Shown here: one piece after another, positions 29,842 through 40,583 of the stretch | Layout: each line of letters opens with the position of its first letter | How positions within the stretch are numbered: the stretch's first letter is position 1 | From: an uncultured delta proteobacterium | Lineage (GTDB): Bacteria; Desulfobacterota; Binatia; Binatales; Binataceae | Direction of reading: 5' to 3' | NCBI GenBank assembly: GCA_963724765.1 | Contig: CAVRVY010000003.1 | Location: forward strand, 1,184,001 to 1,248,000 | Length of the DNA: 64,000 bases | Notes under the pieces: generated by a model | Databases searched by the model: none | What the model was told of the DNA's origin: nothing | The model's input: the letters and a program-made list of their open reading frames with translations, nothing else | Position numbers and translations under genes: made by a program

Positions 29842-31176
29842 TTAAAAAGACCCGCGCCGCAGGAAGTAGTCCTTCCACGCCGGGTACTTGTGGGCCATCG
29901 CCTGCGGATCGAGCCGGCGCATCGCCTCGATCGCGTTGAGAAACGCGATCGCATTGGCCGACGGTATCCGTCGCGCCGCGACCGGCGCGGTCGCGGCGAA
30001 CACCGGAGGCGGCGGCGGTGGCGGCGAGGGCGCCGCGCCCGGCCGCGGCGCGGCAAGCGTCAATGCCTCCGCTGCGCTGTGAAGCGGCGTGCGCGCCGCG
30101 ACGTCGGCGGAATACTCCGTCCCCGGCGTGTACTTGTCGGCGAGCATCCGCAGAATCGAAGTATGGTCGAGCGGCTGGCTGAAGCATGATCCGGCGTCAA
30201 CGAAAGGCGAAACGATAATCGCCGGCACGCGCACGCCGGTGGTGGTGAACAGCGTGTAGCTCTCGCCGTGGTTTTGAGGAGTTACGAGCGACAGTGGCTC
30301 GACGTGATCGAAAAGGCCGCCGTGCTCGTCATAAGTGATGATCAGCGCCGACTTGCTCCAGAGTTGCGGATTGCCGGTGACGGCGGCGTACACGCGGCGC
30401 ATCAGGTCCTGGCCGCGGGTTATCGGAGTGACCGGATGGTCGTCGTCGGCCTTGTCGGGCTCGGCGCCGTCGGTAAATTGCGGCTCGATGAAAATCACCT
30501 TGGGCAGCGTGTCGGCGGAGCGGCAGTCGGTGTCGAGCGCGACCAGGCCGCGGAAAAGATTGTCCCAAACGTCGGCGACGATACGTCGTTGGATCTTCGG
30601 CATCAGCGCGAAGAACGGAAAGCCTTCCGAATAAACCCGCCAGCTCACGCCGTGCGCGTCGAGCCAGTCGTAGACCACATTCTGGTCGTCGAATAACTGG
30701 CTGGTCGTGTGATCGCGCATCGTATAGCCGCTCGCCGCCATCAGGCGGTTGGGCTGCGTGCTGGCCGGCAGACAGGCGAACCAGTGATCGCAGACGCAGA
30801 ACTGGCGGGCGAGGAAATCCATCATCGGCACCTGCGCTGCGGCATAGTACTGGCCGGCCGGATACGGATCGGCGGGGCTGACCGTGGCGTAGTCGGCGAC
30901 GAACCCGGTCATCATCTTATCGGCCGGGTTGAATCGCATCTGGCTGCGGATGTCTTCGCGCTCGTGCAGCGGATCGACCGGCATGGCCGGGTCGGTGCGC
31001 GGGACCGGCGCGTAGGGCGTCGCGTTGAGCAGGTTCGCGTAGCCCGCCGCCGCAGCGTTCGCGATGCCCATGATTTTCGGATTGGCCGCGTCGAGATAGC
31101 CGAGCATGTGATCGAACGAGCGGTTCTCCATCATCAGGATGAAGATGTGTTCGATCTGATCGAGTGCCGATGCCAT
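29842..31176 (-). CDS. Phosphoesterase / phospholipase C family protein
   Basis: HIFILMMENRSFDHMLG, TQPNR, DDDHP, TYDEHGGLFDHV, GVRVP, DHTS. Confidence 0.9.
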   Translation of the reverse strand: MASALDQIEHIFILMMENRSFDHMLGYLDAANPKIMGIANAAAAGYANLLNATPYAPVPRTDPAMPVDPLHEREDIRSQMRFNPADKMMTGFVADYATVSPADPYPAGQYYAAAQVPMMDFLARQFCVCDHWFACLPASTQPNRLMAASGYTMRDHTTSQLFDDQNVVYDWLDAHGVSWRVYSEGFPFFALMPKIQRRIVADVWDNLFRGLVALDTDCRSADTLPKVIFIEPQFTDGAEPDKADDDHPVTPITRGQDLMRRVYAAVTGNPQLWSKSALIITYDEHGGLFDHVEPLSLVTPQNHGESYTLFTTTGVRVPAIIVSPFVDAGSCFSQPLDHTSILRMLADKYTPGTEYSADVAARTPLHSAAEALTLAAPRPGAAPSPPPPPPPVFAATAPVAARRIPSANAIAFLNAIEAMRRLDPQAMAHKYPAWKDYFLRRGSF

Positions 31177-31270
31177 CGCGGTACTTCTCCCTTTTGCGAT
31201 CGAAGCCGCCTCCAGCATCTCCCCGAGCGGATTGACAGCGGCGGCTGCGGCCAGTTTAGTGGGCGCTGCG

Positions 31271-33235
31271 ATGAAGTCCACCTTGTTCGCGGGCGCACGC
31301 CGTCCCGCGCCGCTGGCGACGCTCCTTTTACTCGGGTGCGCGCTCGCCCTGTCCCTGGGGCTCGTGATCGCGCCGTCCCATCTGGCGCGCGCGGATCCGC
31401 CGCGCCGTCCCGCCCGGATTTTCGTATTGATGGTATGGGACGGGCTGCGCCCCGATTTCGTGACCGCCGAGCGGACGCCCAGTTTATTCGCGATGGAGAA
31501 TGAGGGGGTGCGCTTCGCGCGCCATCATTCGGTCTTTCCGACGATCACGATGGTCAACGCGGCGAGCCTCGCAACCGGCGCGTCTCCCGGCAGCACGACG
31601 ATCCTCGGCGACGAGGTGTCCCTGGTGCCGCGGCTGAGCGCGCACAAACTCACGGTTGCGCCAAACGATTCATGGGCGAATCGGCCGGTCAATCTCGAGA
31701 ACTCGGTCACGCTCGCCGCGCTCAACGGGCCGAAGTTTTTCAACGGCGCACTGCTCGGCTCCGAAGCACTGGGACAGCAGGTCCGCCGCGCGGGCGGCTA
31801 TCTCGCGATTATCGGCAAGAAGGGTCCGACCTTCACCTTCGACGATAGCGTGACCGGCGACCCGGCGATGGGCGCGCCGATCGCCGCGAGCAACTTCATC
31901 TTCGTCAGCGACGATCTCGTCGCGCCGGCCTCGCTCAAGAGTGAACTCGCATCGGCGCCGTCCAGGCCGGCGCGCGAGAACGTCATATATGGGACGCGCG
32001 ACACTTACTTCGCACAAATCGTGATCGGACGCGCACTGCCGCAGGCCAAGACGGCGGCGCTCGGCGGCCGTCCCGCGCTGGTGGTTTTCTGGCAGCACAA
32101 TCCCGACGTGACGCAGCATCATCGTGGCCTCGGCACGAAGGCCAATCTCGACGCGCTGAAGGTAAGCGACGCGAACCTCGCGAGCATCCGCGATGCGATC
32201 GCAAAGCTTGGGATCGCGGACCGCACCGACCTGATGGTGGTTTCCGACCATGGCTTCGCGACGATTCGCGCGCTGGTTCCGCTTGCGCAACTGCTGGTTG
32301 CGAAGGGGATTAAGAAATCGGTCATCAGCGACGACGTGATGGTGATGGCCAACGGCGGCACCGATCTGATCCATCTCTCGCGCGCGGCATTTCCGACGAT
32401 CAGTGCGCAGCGTGCGGTCCTGCAGAAAATAACCGACTTCGTCGAAGCGCAGCCGTGGTCAGGGCCGCTCTTCACGCGCAGCATCAGCGAGGAGCGAGCG
32501 CTCGAGGGCGGGCCGGCGAAATCGGGCGCGACGAGTAGGTCGCGCGGTGAGCAGGGCTCCGGCCGGACTTCCGGCGGGACTTCCGGCAGGACTTCCGGTT
32601 GGATCGAAGGAACGTTCAGCCTCGACAGCCTCGGGATGATTAGCCGCAACAATTATTTCGACGCGCCAGACCTGGTGGTTTCGTTCCGCGAATTGCCCGA
32701 TGCGGATAATCGCGGGCTTATGGGTCCCAGCGCGCCGGCCTACGTCATCGACGAGCATGGCGAGCGCAATAGCGGCGCGGGTAATCATTCCGACGCGCTG
32801 GCCGCGCCGGTCAACGGCGTGATGTACGCCGATACGGGCGGCTGGGGCGGATTTACCACCGGGCTGGGGATGCATGCGGCGGCGGGCGCCCGCGAGTTGC
32901 ACAACTTCTGCGCGGCGGCCGGCCCGGACTTTCGCCATCACTTTGTCGACCAGTTTCCGAGCGGCAGTCTCGACGTGCGACCGACGATTGCGCGTGTGAT
33001 GGATCTTCCGTCCGCAGACGAAACCAGCGTTGCCGGCCGCGTGCTCGATGAAGCGCTCGCTGGCCATCAATTCAATGGCAGGTCGAGTGATTCCCGGCTC
33101 GCCGTCAGCCGCACGTTGTCCAAGACAGAGGCGACGACGACTCTCGATTTTTCGGTGTTGAGCGTGGGGCCGCGCCGATGGTCTTATCTCGACGGTGCCG
33201 AGTACAAACAGACGCCGCTTACGAAATCGAAGTGA
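31271..33235 (+). CDS. Exported alkaline phosphatase family / nucleotide pyrophosphatase protein
   Basis: Signal peptide; DGLRPD, FPTITMVN, PDVTQH, SDHGF, GMH. Confidence 0.85.
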   Translation: MKSTLFAGARRPAPLATLLLLGCALALSLGLVIAPSHLARADPPRRPARIFVLMVWDGLRPDFVTAERTPSLFAMENEGVRFARHHSVFPTITMVNAASLATGASPGSTTILGDEVSLVPRLSAHKLTVAPNDSWANRPVNLENSVTLAALNGPKFFNGALLGSEALGQQVRRAGGYLAIIGKKGPTFTFDDSVTGDPAMGAPIAASNFIFVSDDLVAPASLKSELASAPSRPARENVIYGTRDTYFAQIVIGRALPQAKTAALGGRPALVVFWQHNPDVTQHHRGLGTKANLDALKVSDANLASIRDAIAKLGIADRTDLMVVSDHGFATIRALVPLAQLLVAKGIKKSVISDDVMVMANGGTDLIHLSRAAFPTISAQRAVLQKITDFVEAQPWSGPLFTRSISEERALEGGPAKSGATSRSRGEQGSGRTSGGTSGRTSGWIEGTFSLDSLGMISRNNYFDAPDLVVSFRELPDADNRGLMGPSAPAYVIDEHGERNSGAGNHSDALAAPVNGVMYADTGGWGGFTTGLGMHAAAGARELHNFCAAAGPDFRHHFVDQFPSGSLDVRPTIARVMDLPSADETSVAGRVLDEALAGHQFNGRSSDSRLAVSRTLSKTEATTTLDFSVLSVGPRRWSYLDGAEYKQTPLTKSK

Positions 33236-34553
33236 GGCGCGCCGGGTCGGCAGCTTGCGCGACTAAATCCTCGTCGAGCCTGGTGAGCACGCGCCCGCGG
33301 GTTTCGGGAATCAGCCAAATCAGCATCGCGCCCACCGCCGAGAACGCTGCGCCGATCGATAGCGCCGCGCCGAAGCCGATCGAGCGGCTCAGCACCGCGA
33401 TCGCCATCGGGGTGAAGAACTGCAGGCCGCGCGTCACGTTGAGCAGCAGGCCGAGCGCGGAGTTGCGCACCTTGGTCGGCAGCAGCTCCGAGACGATCGG
33501 CCCGGTGCCCGACCAGATGCCGGTGCCGAATCCCGCAAATACCATCGCACCCGCGATCAGCCCCGGCACGCCGGCCGCCCAGGGCCACAGGATGGTCGGC
33601 GGCAGCAGCCCGATTGCCATCATCGCGGCGAAAGCCGAGTACACCGGGCGCCGTCCGAAGCGGTCGGCGAGCAGGCCGAAGCTCGCATAACCGGCGACCG
33701 CGCCGATCTGCATGCCCATCATGAGATGGCTCGCCGCGCGGTCGCTCAGGTTGCGCGTCAGCTTCAGATAACCGGGCATCCAACTGTAGGTGAACCAGTA
33801 GGCCTCTGAGTTCACCCAGATCACCAGGAACAACAGCAGCATGATACCGGCGTAAGGCCTGAGCGCGCGGAATTCCTCGCGCGTCAGCCATTCGCTGCCG
33901 CCGCCCATCCGGCGCCGCCAGACATCGCTCTCCGGAAGCCATCGCCAGACCGCGATCGCCACCAGCAACGCCGGCAGTGACGAGAGCGCGAAGGTCGCGC
34001 GCCATCCGATCGCGGGCGTGACGTAGCCCGCCAGGAACGCGGCGATAAACACGCCGAGCGGCGCTCCCACCTGCACGTAGGCGGCATAGCGCGCGCGCCG
34101 GTCAGGCGGCACGGTCTCGGCCACCAGGCTCTGGCCCGCGGCCCACTCGCCACCGATTCCGATCCCGGTGAGCGAGCGAAAGATCAGCAGATGCGTCAGG
34201 TTGAGGCTGGCCGCGCAGAGCAGCGTGCCGAAGCCATAGATGAGGACGGTCGCGATGATCGTCGGACGCCGCCCGAAGCGATCGCCGATGAAGCCGAACA
34301 GCAGCCCGCCCAGCGCTGTCATCAGGAGCGACAGGCCCAGCGCAAAAGACGCTTCCAGCCTGCCCAAATGCAGGTCATGCGCCATCGGCACCATCAGGAA
34401 CGAGTAAAGGATCAGGTCGTAGAAATCGAAAATCCAGGCGAAGAAACAAAGCGCGACGATGCGATAGTGCGGCCATCCCATCGGCTGCTCGCTCAGCAGC
34501 AGCGCCGGGCCGGAGGCCGCAGCGGCGCGAGCGTCGGGGCCGGTTCCGCTCAT
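33219..34553 (-). CDS. MFS transporter
   Basis: FDFYD, GDRFGRR and ADRFGRR motifs, GIGGEW. Confidence 0.92.
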   Translation of the reverse strand: MSGTGPDARAAAASGPALLLSEQPMGWPHYRIVALCFFAWIFDFYDLILYSFLMVPMAHDLHLGRLEASFALGLSLLMTALGGLLFGFIGDRFGRRPTIIATVLIYGFGTLLCAASLNLTHLLIFRSLTGIGIGGEWAAGQSLVAETVPPDRRARYAAYVQVGAPLGVFIAAFLAGYVTPAIGWRATFALSSLPALLVAIAVWRWLPESDVWRRRMGGGSEWLTREEFRALRPYAGIMLLLFLVIWVNSEAYWFTYSWMPGYLKLTRNLSDRAASHLMMGMQIGAVAGYASFGLLADRFGRRPVYSAFAAMMAIGLLPPTILWPWAAGVPGLIAGAMVFAGFGTGIWSGTGPIVSELLPTKVRNSALGLLLNVTRGLQFFTPMAIAVLSRSIGFGAALSIGAAFSAVGAMLIWLIPETRGRVLTRLDEDLVAQAADPARLTSIS

Positions 34554-34772
34554 CGCAACGCCTGGCGCGCCGTACCGGGCAGCGCTCTCGCGCATTCGGT
34601 ATGCCTTTGCATCGCTGTCAGTCTCTACTGGTCCCGCTGCTGCTGGCCCCGCTGCTACTGGTCCCGGTTGCCACGTTGTGGTTGGCTATCATCGGGGTTT
34701 GGCTCGCCGGTTTTCAAGAGACCGCGCTGGCTCCGAGGGCGCGAGCCGCGCCGCAAGATGAGGAGGCACGGA

Positions 34773-36524
34773 ATGATCAAACGGACGCTGCGATGGCTGA
34801 TGCGGACGATCGTGATCGTGATCGTAGTGGTTGTCATCAGCCACGTGGTCAATTGGTGGTCGCATCGGGTTGCGCCAGGCTCGGTGATCGAGCTTGCGCT
34901 GAAGGGCCAGGTAATCGAACGCGGCACGGACGGCTTGCGCGGATTGGTCGACGACAGCCAGACCCCGCTCAATATCGCGCGCCGCGCGCTGCACGAGGCG
35001 GCCGCCGATCCGCGGATCGTGGGACTCGCGATCCGTATCACCGACCCGGAGATGGAATTCGCGCAGGCCCAGGAACTGAGCGCCCTCATCCACGACTTCA
35101 CGGCCCATCACAAATGGACCACCGCGTATCTCGAAAGTGCGGGCGACTTCGATTCGGGCAACCTGCCATACCTGGTGGCGGGCGCGGCCGGCGAGGTCTC
35201 GATGATGCCCGAGGGCGAGATCAATCTGATGGGCGTGCGGATGCAGGAGCTGTTCGCGCGCGGACTGTTCGACAAGATGGGGATCAAGCCCAACTTCGCC
35301 GCGATCGGCAAATACAAAAGCGCCGCCAATATCTTCACTGAGAAGGACTTTACCCCCGGGCAGCGCGAAGAGGACGAAGCGCTGGCGGGCGGCCTGTTCG
35401 ACCAGCTCGTCGCCACCGCCGCCAGCGAGCGCCATCTCGAGCCCGCGCAACTGCGCGCGCTCATCGACCAGGCGCCGCTCAGCGCCAAGGCCGGGCTCAA
35501 GGCCCATCTGATAGATCGAATCGAGTACGGCGACCAGTTCACCGACCGCGTCAAGGACTACGGCGGTCACGACCATACGGTCATCAAGTATTCCGACTAC
35601 AAACACGTCTCTTTGCTGCCGCACTTCGGCCCGCATGACCGCCTCGCCGTGATCTACGCCGACGGCGCGATTCAGCGCGGGCAGGGCGGCTTCGATCCGG
35701 TGCTCTCGCCCGGCGGCAACGGGTTGGGCTCGGACGAAATGGTCGAGGCGCTGGATCAGGCGCGCGATGACGATTCGGTGCGCGCCGTGGTCCTGCGCAT
35801 CAACTCGCCCGGCGGTTCGGTCATCGCCTCGGAACTCATCCGGCGCTCGGCCGAACTGCTGGCCAAGAAGAAGCCGCTGGTGGTCAGCATGTCGGGCTAC
35901 GCGGCGTCGGGCGGCTACTGGATCGCGATGCCGGCGGGGAAGATTTTCGCCGAGCCCGCGACCATCACAGGATCGATTGGCGTGCTCGGCGGCAAGTTCA
36001 ATATTGCGCCGCTGATGAGCTCGATCGGCGTCAACAGCGCCGCCATCTCGCATGGCGCCAACGCCGCGATGTTCGACGCGTTCGGCGATTTCACGCCCGC
36101 CCAGCAGCAGCAGTTCCGGGATCAGATCCTGGGCGATACCTACCAGCATTTCGTGAACCTGGTGGCGCATGGGCGTGGATTGACGCCCGCGCGAGTCGAC
36201 CAGATTGCCCAGGGCCGCGTATGGACCGGCGCGGAAGCGATCAAGCTTAAGCTGGTCGACGGGATGGGCGGGCTCGACGAGGCGATCAAGGCCGCCAGGG
36301 TGCTGGCCAAGGTGCCGGACGACACGAAGCTCGGGTTACTCGAGTTGCCGGCGCCGCCGAGCCTGTTGTCGAGCCTGATGAAGGGCAAGCTGGGCGCCGA
36401 CGGCGCGCTCGGAATCGGCGTTCCGGCGCAACTGCGCGCTCTGCTCTGGTTATTCGACGCGGCCGCCGGCGCGCGCGGCGGATGGCTTCGGGCGGTGCTA
36501 TGTCCGGTGATGCCGGTGGTCTGA
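34773..36524 (+). CDS. sppA: Signal peptide peptidase SppA (long form)
   Basis: GKYKSA, LRINSPGGS, AASGGYW, TITGSIGV, AQGRVWTG. Confidence 0.93.
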   Translation: MIKRTLRWLMRTIVIVIVVVVISHVVNWWSHRVAPGSVIELALKGQVIERGTDGLRGLVDDSQTPLNIARRALHEAAADPRIVGLAIRITDPEMEFAQAQELSALIHDFTAHHKWTTAYLESAGDFDSGNLPYLVAGAAGEVSMMPEGEINLMGVRMQELFARGLFDKMGIKPNFAAIGKYKSAANIFTEKDFTPGQREEDEALAGGLFDQLVATAASERHLEPAQLRALIDQAPLSAKAGLKAHLIDRIEYGDQFTDRVKDYGGHDHTVIKYSDYKHVSLLPHFGPHDRLAVIYADGAIQRGQGGFDPVLSPGGNGLGSDEMVEALDQARDDDSVRAVVLRINSPGGSVIASELIRRSAELLAKKKPLVVSMSGYAASGGYWIAMPAGKIFAEPATITGSIGVLGGKFNIAPLMSSIGVNSAAISHGANAAMFDAFGDFTPAQQQQFRDQILGDTYQHFVNLVAHGRGLTPARVDQIAQGRVWTGAEAIKLKLVDGMGGLDEAIKAARVLAKVPDDTKLGLLELPAPPSLLSSLMKGKLGADGALGIGVPAQLRALLWLFDAAAGARGGWLRAVLCPVMPVV

Positions 36525-36664
36525 GACGCCGTGGCGGGCGTTGGCCGAAGCGGTTCCATTTTGTACCCGGCGGCGCAATATAATTGTGCGACTCACGCGC
36601 ATGCTTCGTTTGACTCATGCGCCGAGCGTGCGCAGCAAAGATTCACGCATCTGGAGAAACCGCT

Positions 36665-37081
36665 ATGGACGCGCAGCTTGAAGGATTTCTCAACACGTTG
36701 GGCGAGGCCGAGCGCGCTGGCGGCCGTGTCCTGCACGAACTGACCACCGAGGCCCGCTCGCTGGAGCTTCGCGAGATGCTCAAGAAAGTCGGTCACGACG
36801 AGGGCTACTACGCCGGCGAGCTTTCCGCCCACGTGCGCCGCCTCGGCGGCGTCGCCTCCAACAAGACCGGCGATTTCGTCGAGAAGGTGCGCGCGGTGAG
36901 CGACTTTCGCGGCAAGCTCGAACTGCTCAATCGCGGCCAGCGCTGGGTGATCCGCAAAATCGAGGAGAACCTCGCCACCGTTGCGGACCCCGAGCTGCGC
37001 GCCTTCCTCTCGGTGATGGCCAAAGGCCATTACGTCAATATCGGCGCCCTCGAAGACGCGCTGAAAGAAGGCTTGCTCTGA
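36665..37081 (+). CDS. Ferritin-like hypothetical protein (DUF6306-like)
   Basis: EAERAG, DE, LLNRGQRWV, H..NI four-helix pattern. Confidence 0.65.
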   Translation: MDAQLEGFLNTLGEAERAGGRVLHELTTEARSLELREMLKKVGHDEGYYAGELSAHVRRLGGVASNKTGDFVEKVRAVSDFRGKLELLNRGQRWVIRKIEENLATVADPELRAFLSVMAKGHYVNIGALEDALKEGLL

Positions 37082-38079
37082 GCCTTGCCGTCGCACGCGC
37101 CGGCCAGAAGCGCGCGCGCAAAATTTTTTCGCTGATAGCGTTCGCTATTCTCGCGGCAGCGCGCTCCGGCTCGGCCGCCGATACGCTCGGGCCGGGCAGC
37201 CATCGCATCGATATCCAGTACGGCGGGCTTGGCCGAAGCTATATCGTTCACGTGCCGCCACAGGCCTCCAGCGCAAACGCTTTGCCCGTGATCCTGAACT
37301 TTCACGGCGCCGGCAGTAACGCTGAGCAACAGGAACGGTACTCCGCAATGGACGCGACGGCCGACCGCGACGGCTTCGTCGCCGTCTATCCCAACGGAAC
37401 GGGGCGTGGAACGCGGGCGCTCACCTGGAACGCCGGGGGATGCTGCGCGTACGCCGCGCGCGAAAAGATCGATGACGTCGGCTTCACCCGGACGCTGCTC
37501 GATGACCTTGCAACGCGCATCCGTATCGATCGCTCGCGTGTCTACGCGACCGGCATCTCGAACGGCGGCATGATGGCGTATCGGCTCGGCGTCGAGGCCG
37601 CGGATCGCATCGCCGCGATCGCGCCGGTGGAAGGCGCTTTGACGGTCGAGACTTCAGGGCCTGCGCGTCCGATGCCCCTGATGCTCTTCAACAGTGTCGA
37701 TGATCGTTACGTCCCTTACGAAGGGCGCTTCGGACGGCTCGGACACGTCGCTCACGTGACGCAGTATCCCGGCGTCGATGAAGAGATCGCGCGCTGGCGC
37801 AAATTTGACGGATGCCGGGCACAGGCGCGGGTCGGACCCGCGCTGAAGGGCGCTCCCGGCTCCGCAGACGCGGACAATTCCGCGACCCGCTACGAATGGG
37901 GGCCGTGCGCCGGCGGCAGCAAGATCGTGCTGTGGAAACTCGCCGGTTCGGGTCACGTGTGGCCGGGCGCGACGCGCAGCGTGTTCTGGCTCGGGCGCGG
38001 CACGCAGATGATCGACGCCAACGATCAGATGTGGCAGTTCTTCCGCAATTTTTCCCTGCCATCGAACAAGGGCGCGTAG
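37078..38079 (+). CDS. Exported PHB depolymerase / LpqC-like esterase
   Basis: FHG, WNAGGCC, GISNGG, GHVWPG; signal peptide upstream of the called GTG, so a CTG start is inferred. Confidence 0.82.
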   Translation: MSLAVARAGQKRARKIFSLIAFAILAAARSGSAADTLGPGSHRIDIQYGGLGRSYIVHVPPQASSANALPVILNFHGAGSNAEQQERYSAMDATADRDGFVAVYPNGTGRGTRALTWNAGGCCAYAAREKIDDVGFTRTLLDDLATRIRIDRSRVYATGISNGGMMAYRLGVEAADRIAAIAPVEGALTVETSGPARPMPLMLFNSVDDRYVPYEGRFGRLGHVAHVTQYPGVDEEIARWRKFDGCRAQARVGPALKGAPGSADADNSATRYEWGPCAGGSKIVLWKLAGSGHVWPGATRSVFWLGRGTQMIDANDQMWQFFRNFSLPSNKGA

Positions 38080-38100
38080 GAGAGCGGGCGGCCCGTCGGG

Positions 38101-39375
38101 TCAGCCCTGATGCGGTTCGATCACCATGTTGCCCGCGGCCACCTTGGCTTCGTCGGCCGCGTCACTGCGCATCAGTACGCCCTCGGCGTAGAGCGCGGCG
38201 AGTTCGTTGTCGGGAAGCGAGAGCATCTCGCGCAGCACCGCGTCATTGTTCTCGCCCACGCGCGAGGCTTTGACGTCGGTGCGGTCAGGCCAATCGGAGA
38301 ACTTGACCGGCATCCCGGGCACATCGAACTCGCCGAGCGATCTGTCGCTTACGCGCCGGACGGTCTTGCGGCCGCGCAGATGCGGATGCTCCATCGCCTC
38401 CTCCAGCTTGAGTACCGGGGCGCAGGGCACGCGCTCGCGGTCGAGCACGGCGATGGCGGAGTCGCGGTCGGGAAAGGTCGCGAGCCATTCTTCGATAAGC
38501 TCGCGCAGCGCGGCGTTGTTTTTGACCCTGCGCCCGTTGGTCGAGAAACGTTCGTCCTGCAGCAGGTCCGGCTTGCCCATCGCGCGCAACAGGCGCGGCA
38601 TCTCGTGCTGCTGGGCGATCAGCATGATGTGGCCGCCGTTGGCCTTGTACACGCCGCACGGGCTGCCCGCCGGATGCATCGAGCCGGTGCGCTTGGGATG
38701 GTAACGGCCGGGACGCAACGAGAGCACCGGGACGAACAGCTCGTGCATGTGGAAATAGGTGTCCATCAGCGAAGCGTCGAGGTACTGGCCCTTGCCGGTG
38801 CGCTCGCGTGAGAGCAGCGCGAAGCCAACCGCCATCGCGGCCGCCACGCCAGTGGAGATGTCGCCAATCGCCATCGCCGGTACGATCGGCGCGCGGTCGG
38901 GCTCACCGAGCTGGTCGGTGACCCCGGCCAGCGCCGAGCCGATGTAGTCATAGCCGGGACGGCGGCTGAGCGGCCCGCTCTGCCCCGCGGCCGAGATCGA
39001 GCACATCACTAGGCGCGGATTGATCTTTGCAAGCGCCTCGTAGCCGAAGCCCATGTCGGCGATTACGCCGGGCGCGAAATTCTCCACCACTACGTCGATC
39101 TTCGGGATCATCGCGAGCAACAGTTCTCTGCCGCGCGGCTTGCGCAGATCGACCGCCAGGCTACGTTTGCAGTGGTTGTGCTGGAAGTAGTAGCTGCTCA
39201 TGCCGTCCTTGACGATCCCGAGCGCGCGCACGTGGTCGCCCTCCAGCGAGCGCTCGACCTTGATCACGTCGGCACCGAGTTCGCCCAGGATGCGCGTGCA
39301 GGTCGGGCCCGCCACGTAGTGGGTGAAGTCGAGCACATGGAAACCCTCGAGCATCTGCGGCTGCTGCTGTGCCAT
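38101..39375 (-). CDS. CaiB/BaiF family CoA transferase
   Basis: VLDFTHYVAGP, LGADVIKVE, ENFAPG, PGYD, IGD. Confidence 0.92.
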   Translation of the reverse strand: MAQQQPQMLEGFHVLDFTHYVAGPTCTRILGELGADVIKVERSLEGDHVRALGIVKDGMSSYYFQHNHCKRSLAVDLRKPRGRELLLAMIPKIDVVVENFAPGVIADMGFGYEALAKINPRLVMCSISAAGQSGPLSRRPGYDYIGSALAGVTDQLGEPDRAPIVPAMAIGDISTGVAAAMAVGFALLSRERTGKGQYLDASLMDTYFHMHELFVPVLSLRPGRYHPKRTGSMHPAGSPCGVYKANGGHIMLIAQQHEMPRLLRAMGKPDLLQDERFSTNGRRVKNNAALRELIEEWLATFPDRDSAIAVLDRERVPCAPVLKLEEAMEHPHLRGRKTVRRVSDRSLGEFDVPGMPVKFSDWPDRTDVKASRVGENNDAVLREMLSLPDNELAALYAEGVLMRSDAADEAKVAAGNMVIEPHQG

Positions 39376-39604
39376 GTCCGATCCTTATCCAGTTTTGGTC
39401 TAATTCCTGGTCTGCTTGGGCCGATACGAAAACTCCCGCGCCAATTCTCCGCAATTCTTCGCCGTGCGGCCCTCTGCGCGATCTCGCGCCATCATACAAA
39501 GCCTCGCGCCGCCATGTCCAAGGAATGTTCCATGTCCAGGGATGAGGATGTGCGAGGCATCAGGGCGGCCCAAGAGCGGCGCGCGACGCCGATGGCACGG
39601 CCGT

Positions 39605-40102
39605 TCAGCGTCCGGCGCGGGCGCGGCATTCGGGGCAGAGCCCGTAAAGTTCCATCTTGTGATGGCTCAGCGTGACGCCGAGTTTGCGCGCGACCATCTG
39701 CTGGAGTTGCTCGATCGCTTCGTTCTCGAATTCGATGATGCGGCCGCAGCGCTCGCAGATGAAATGGTCGTGGTGATGCTCGCCGGCGACTTCATAGCGC
39801 GCCTGGCCCTCATCGAAATGGCGCTCGTAGAGCAGGTCGCATTCCTTGAGCAGGCGCAGCGTGCGGTAGATAGTGGCGTAACCGACGTGCGGACTGACTT
39901 TCTTGACTTCGGCGTAGAGCTCCTCTGCGCTGATATGGCGGCCGAGGGCGAAGAAGACGCGCGCGATGTCGTCGCGCTGGCCGGTCGATTTGAGCCCGCG
40001 CTCTTTGAGGCGCGTATGGAATTCCGCCATCCGCTGCTCGATCTCGCCGGGCTCCAGATCGCTTACGGCCGTGCGGGGGATGCCTTCCTCCAGGCGTGGC
40101 AT
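39605..40102 (-). CDS. fur: Fur family transcriptional repressor
   Basis: HISAEE, ATIYRTL, HHHDHFICERCG, YGLCPEC. Confidence 0.92.
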   Translation of the reverse strand: MPRLEEGIPRTAVSDLEPGEIEQRMAEFHTRLKERGLKSTGQRDDIARVFFALGRHISAEELYAEVKKVSPHVGYATIYRTLRLLKECDLLYERHFDEGQARYEVAGEHHHDHFICERCGRIIEFENEAIEQLQQMVARKLGVTLSHHKMELYGLCPECRARAGR

Positions 40103-40120
40103 GGGAGAGCGATTGGGGGC

Positions 40121-40516
40121 TCAGCCGTGCTCGGCCTGCCCAGCCCGTCCGGTCACGTCGGTCAGCTCGGCTGGCTCGGCCAATTTGGCCAGTTTGGATT
40201 GCCCCGTCCGATCGGTTTGATCAGTCTGTCCGCTCTGGTTTTGCAACAGGCGGCGGGCGGCGGGCGATAGATAGAGTGTTTCCAGGTCGCGGGTGCGCAA
40301 GGCCTCAAGCAACACCTCGAGTTGCTCGGCCGGTGGCTGAGCCGAGTCGATGATGACCAGGTCTTTTTCGCGCAGCCGGCAGGCGCCGCCGCGCGCGCGA
40401 TAGCCGACCTCGCGCAGCAGCCGCTCGCGCCTGACCTGTAATCCGACGCGCTCCGCCGCCTGCGCCAGCTCCTCGACCAGGGATGCGATTCGCGCGCCAC
40501 CTCTTAACTCACCCAT
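40121..40516 (-). CDS. Hypothetical protein
   Basis: RGGACRL, LYLSPAAR; host-like codons; upstream of fur on the same strand. Confidence 0.6.
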   Translation of the reverse strand: MGELRGGARIASLVEELAQAAERVGLQVRRERLLREVGYRARGGACRLREKDLVIIDSAQPPAEQLEVLLEALRTRDLETLYLSPAARRLLQNQSGQTDQTDRTGQSKLAKLAEPAELTDVTGRAGQAEHG

Positions 40517-40583
40517 CTAAAAACCCCCTTGTGACACCGCTATACGCATGATATCGCGGGACTGTAAGATGAAGGCTGGGCCA

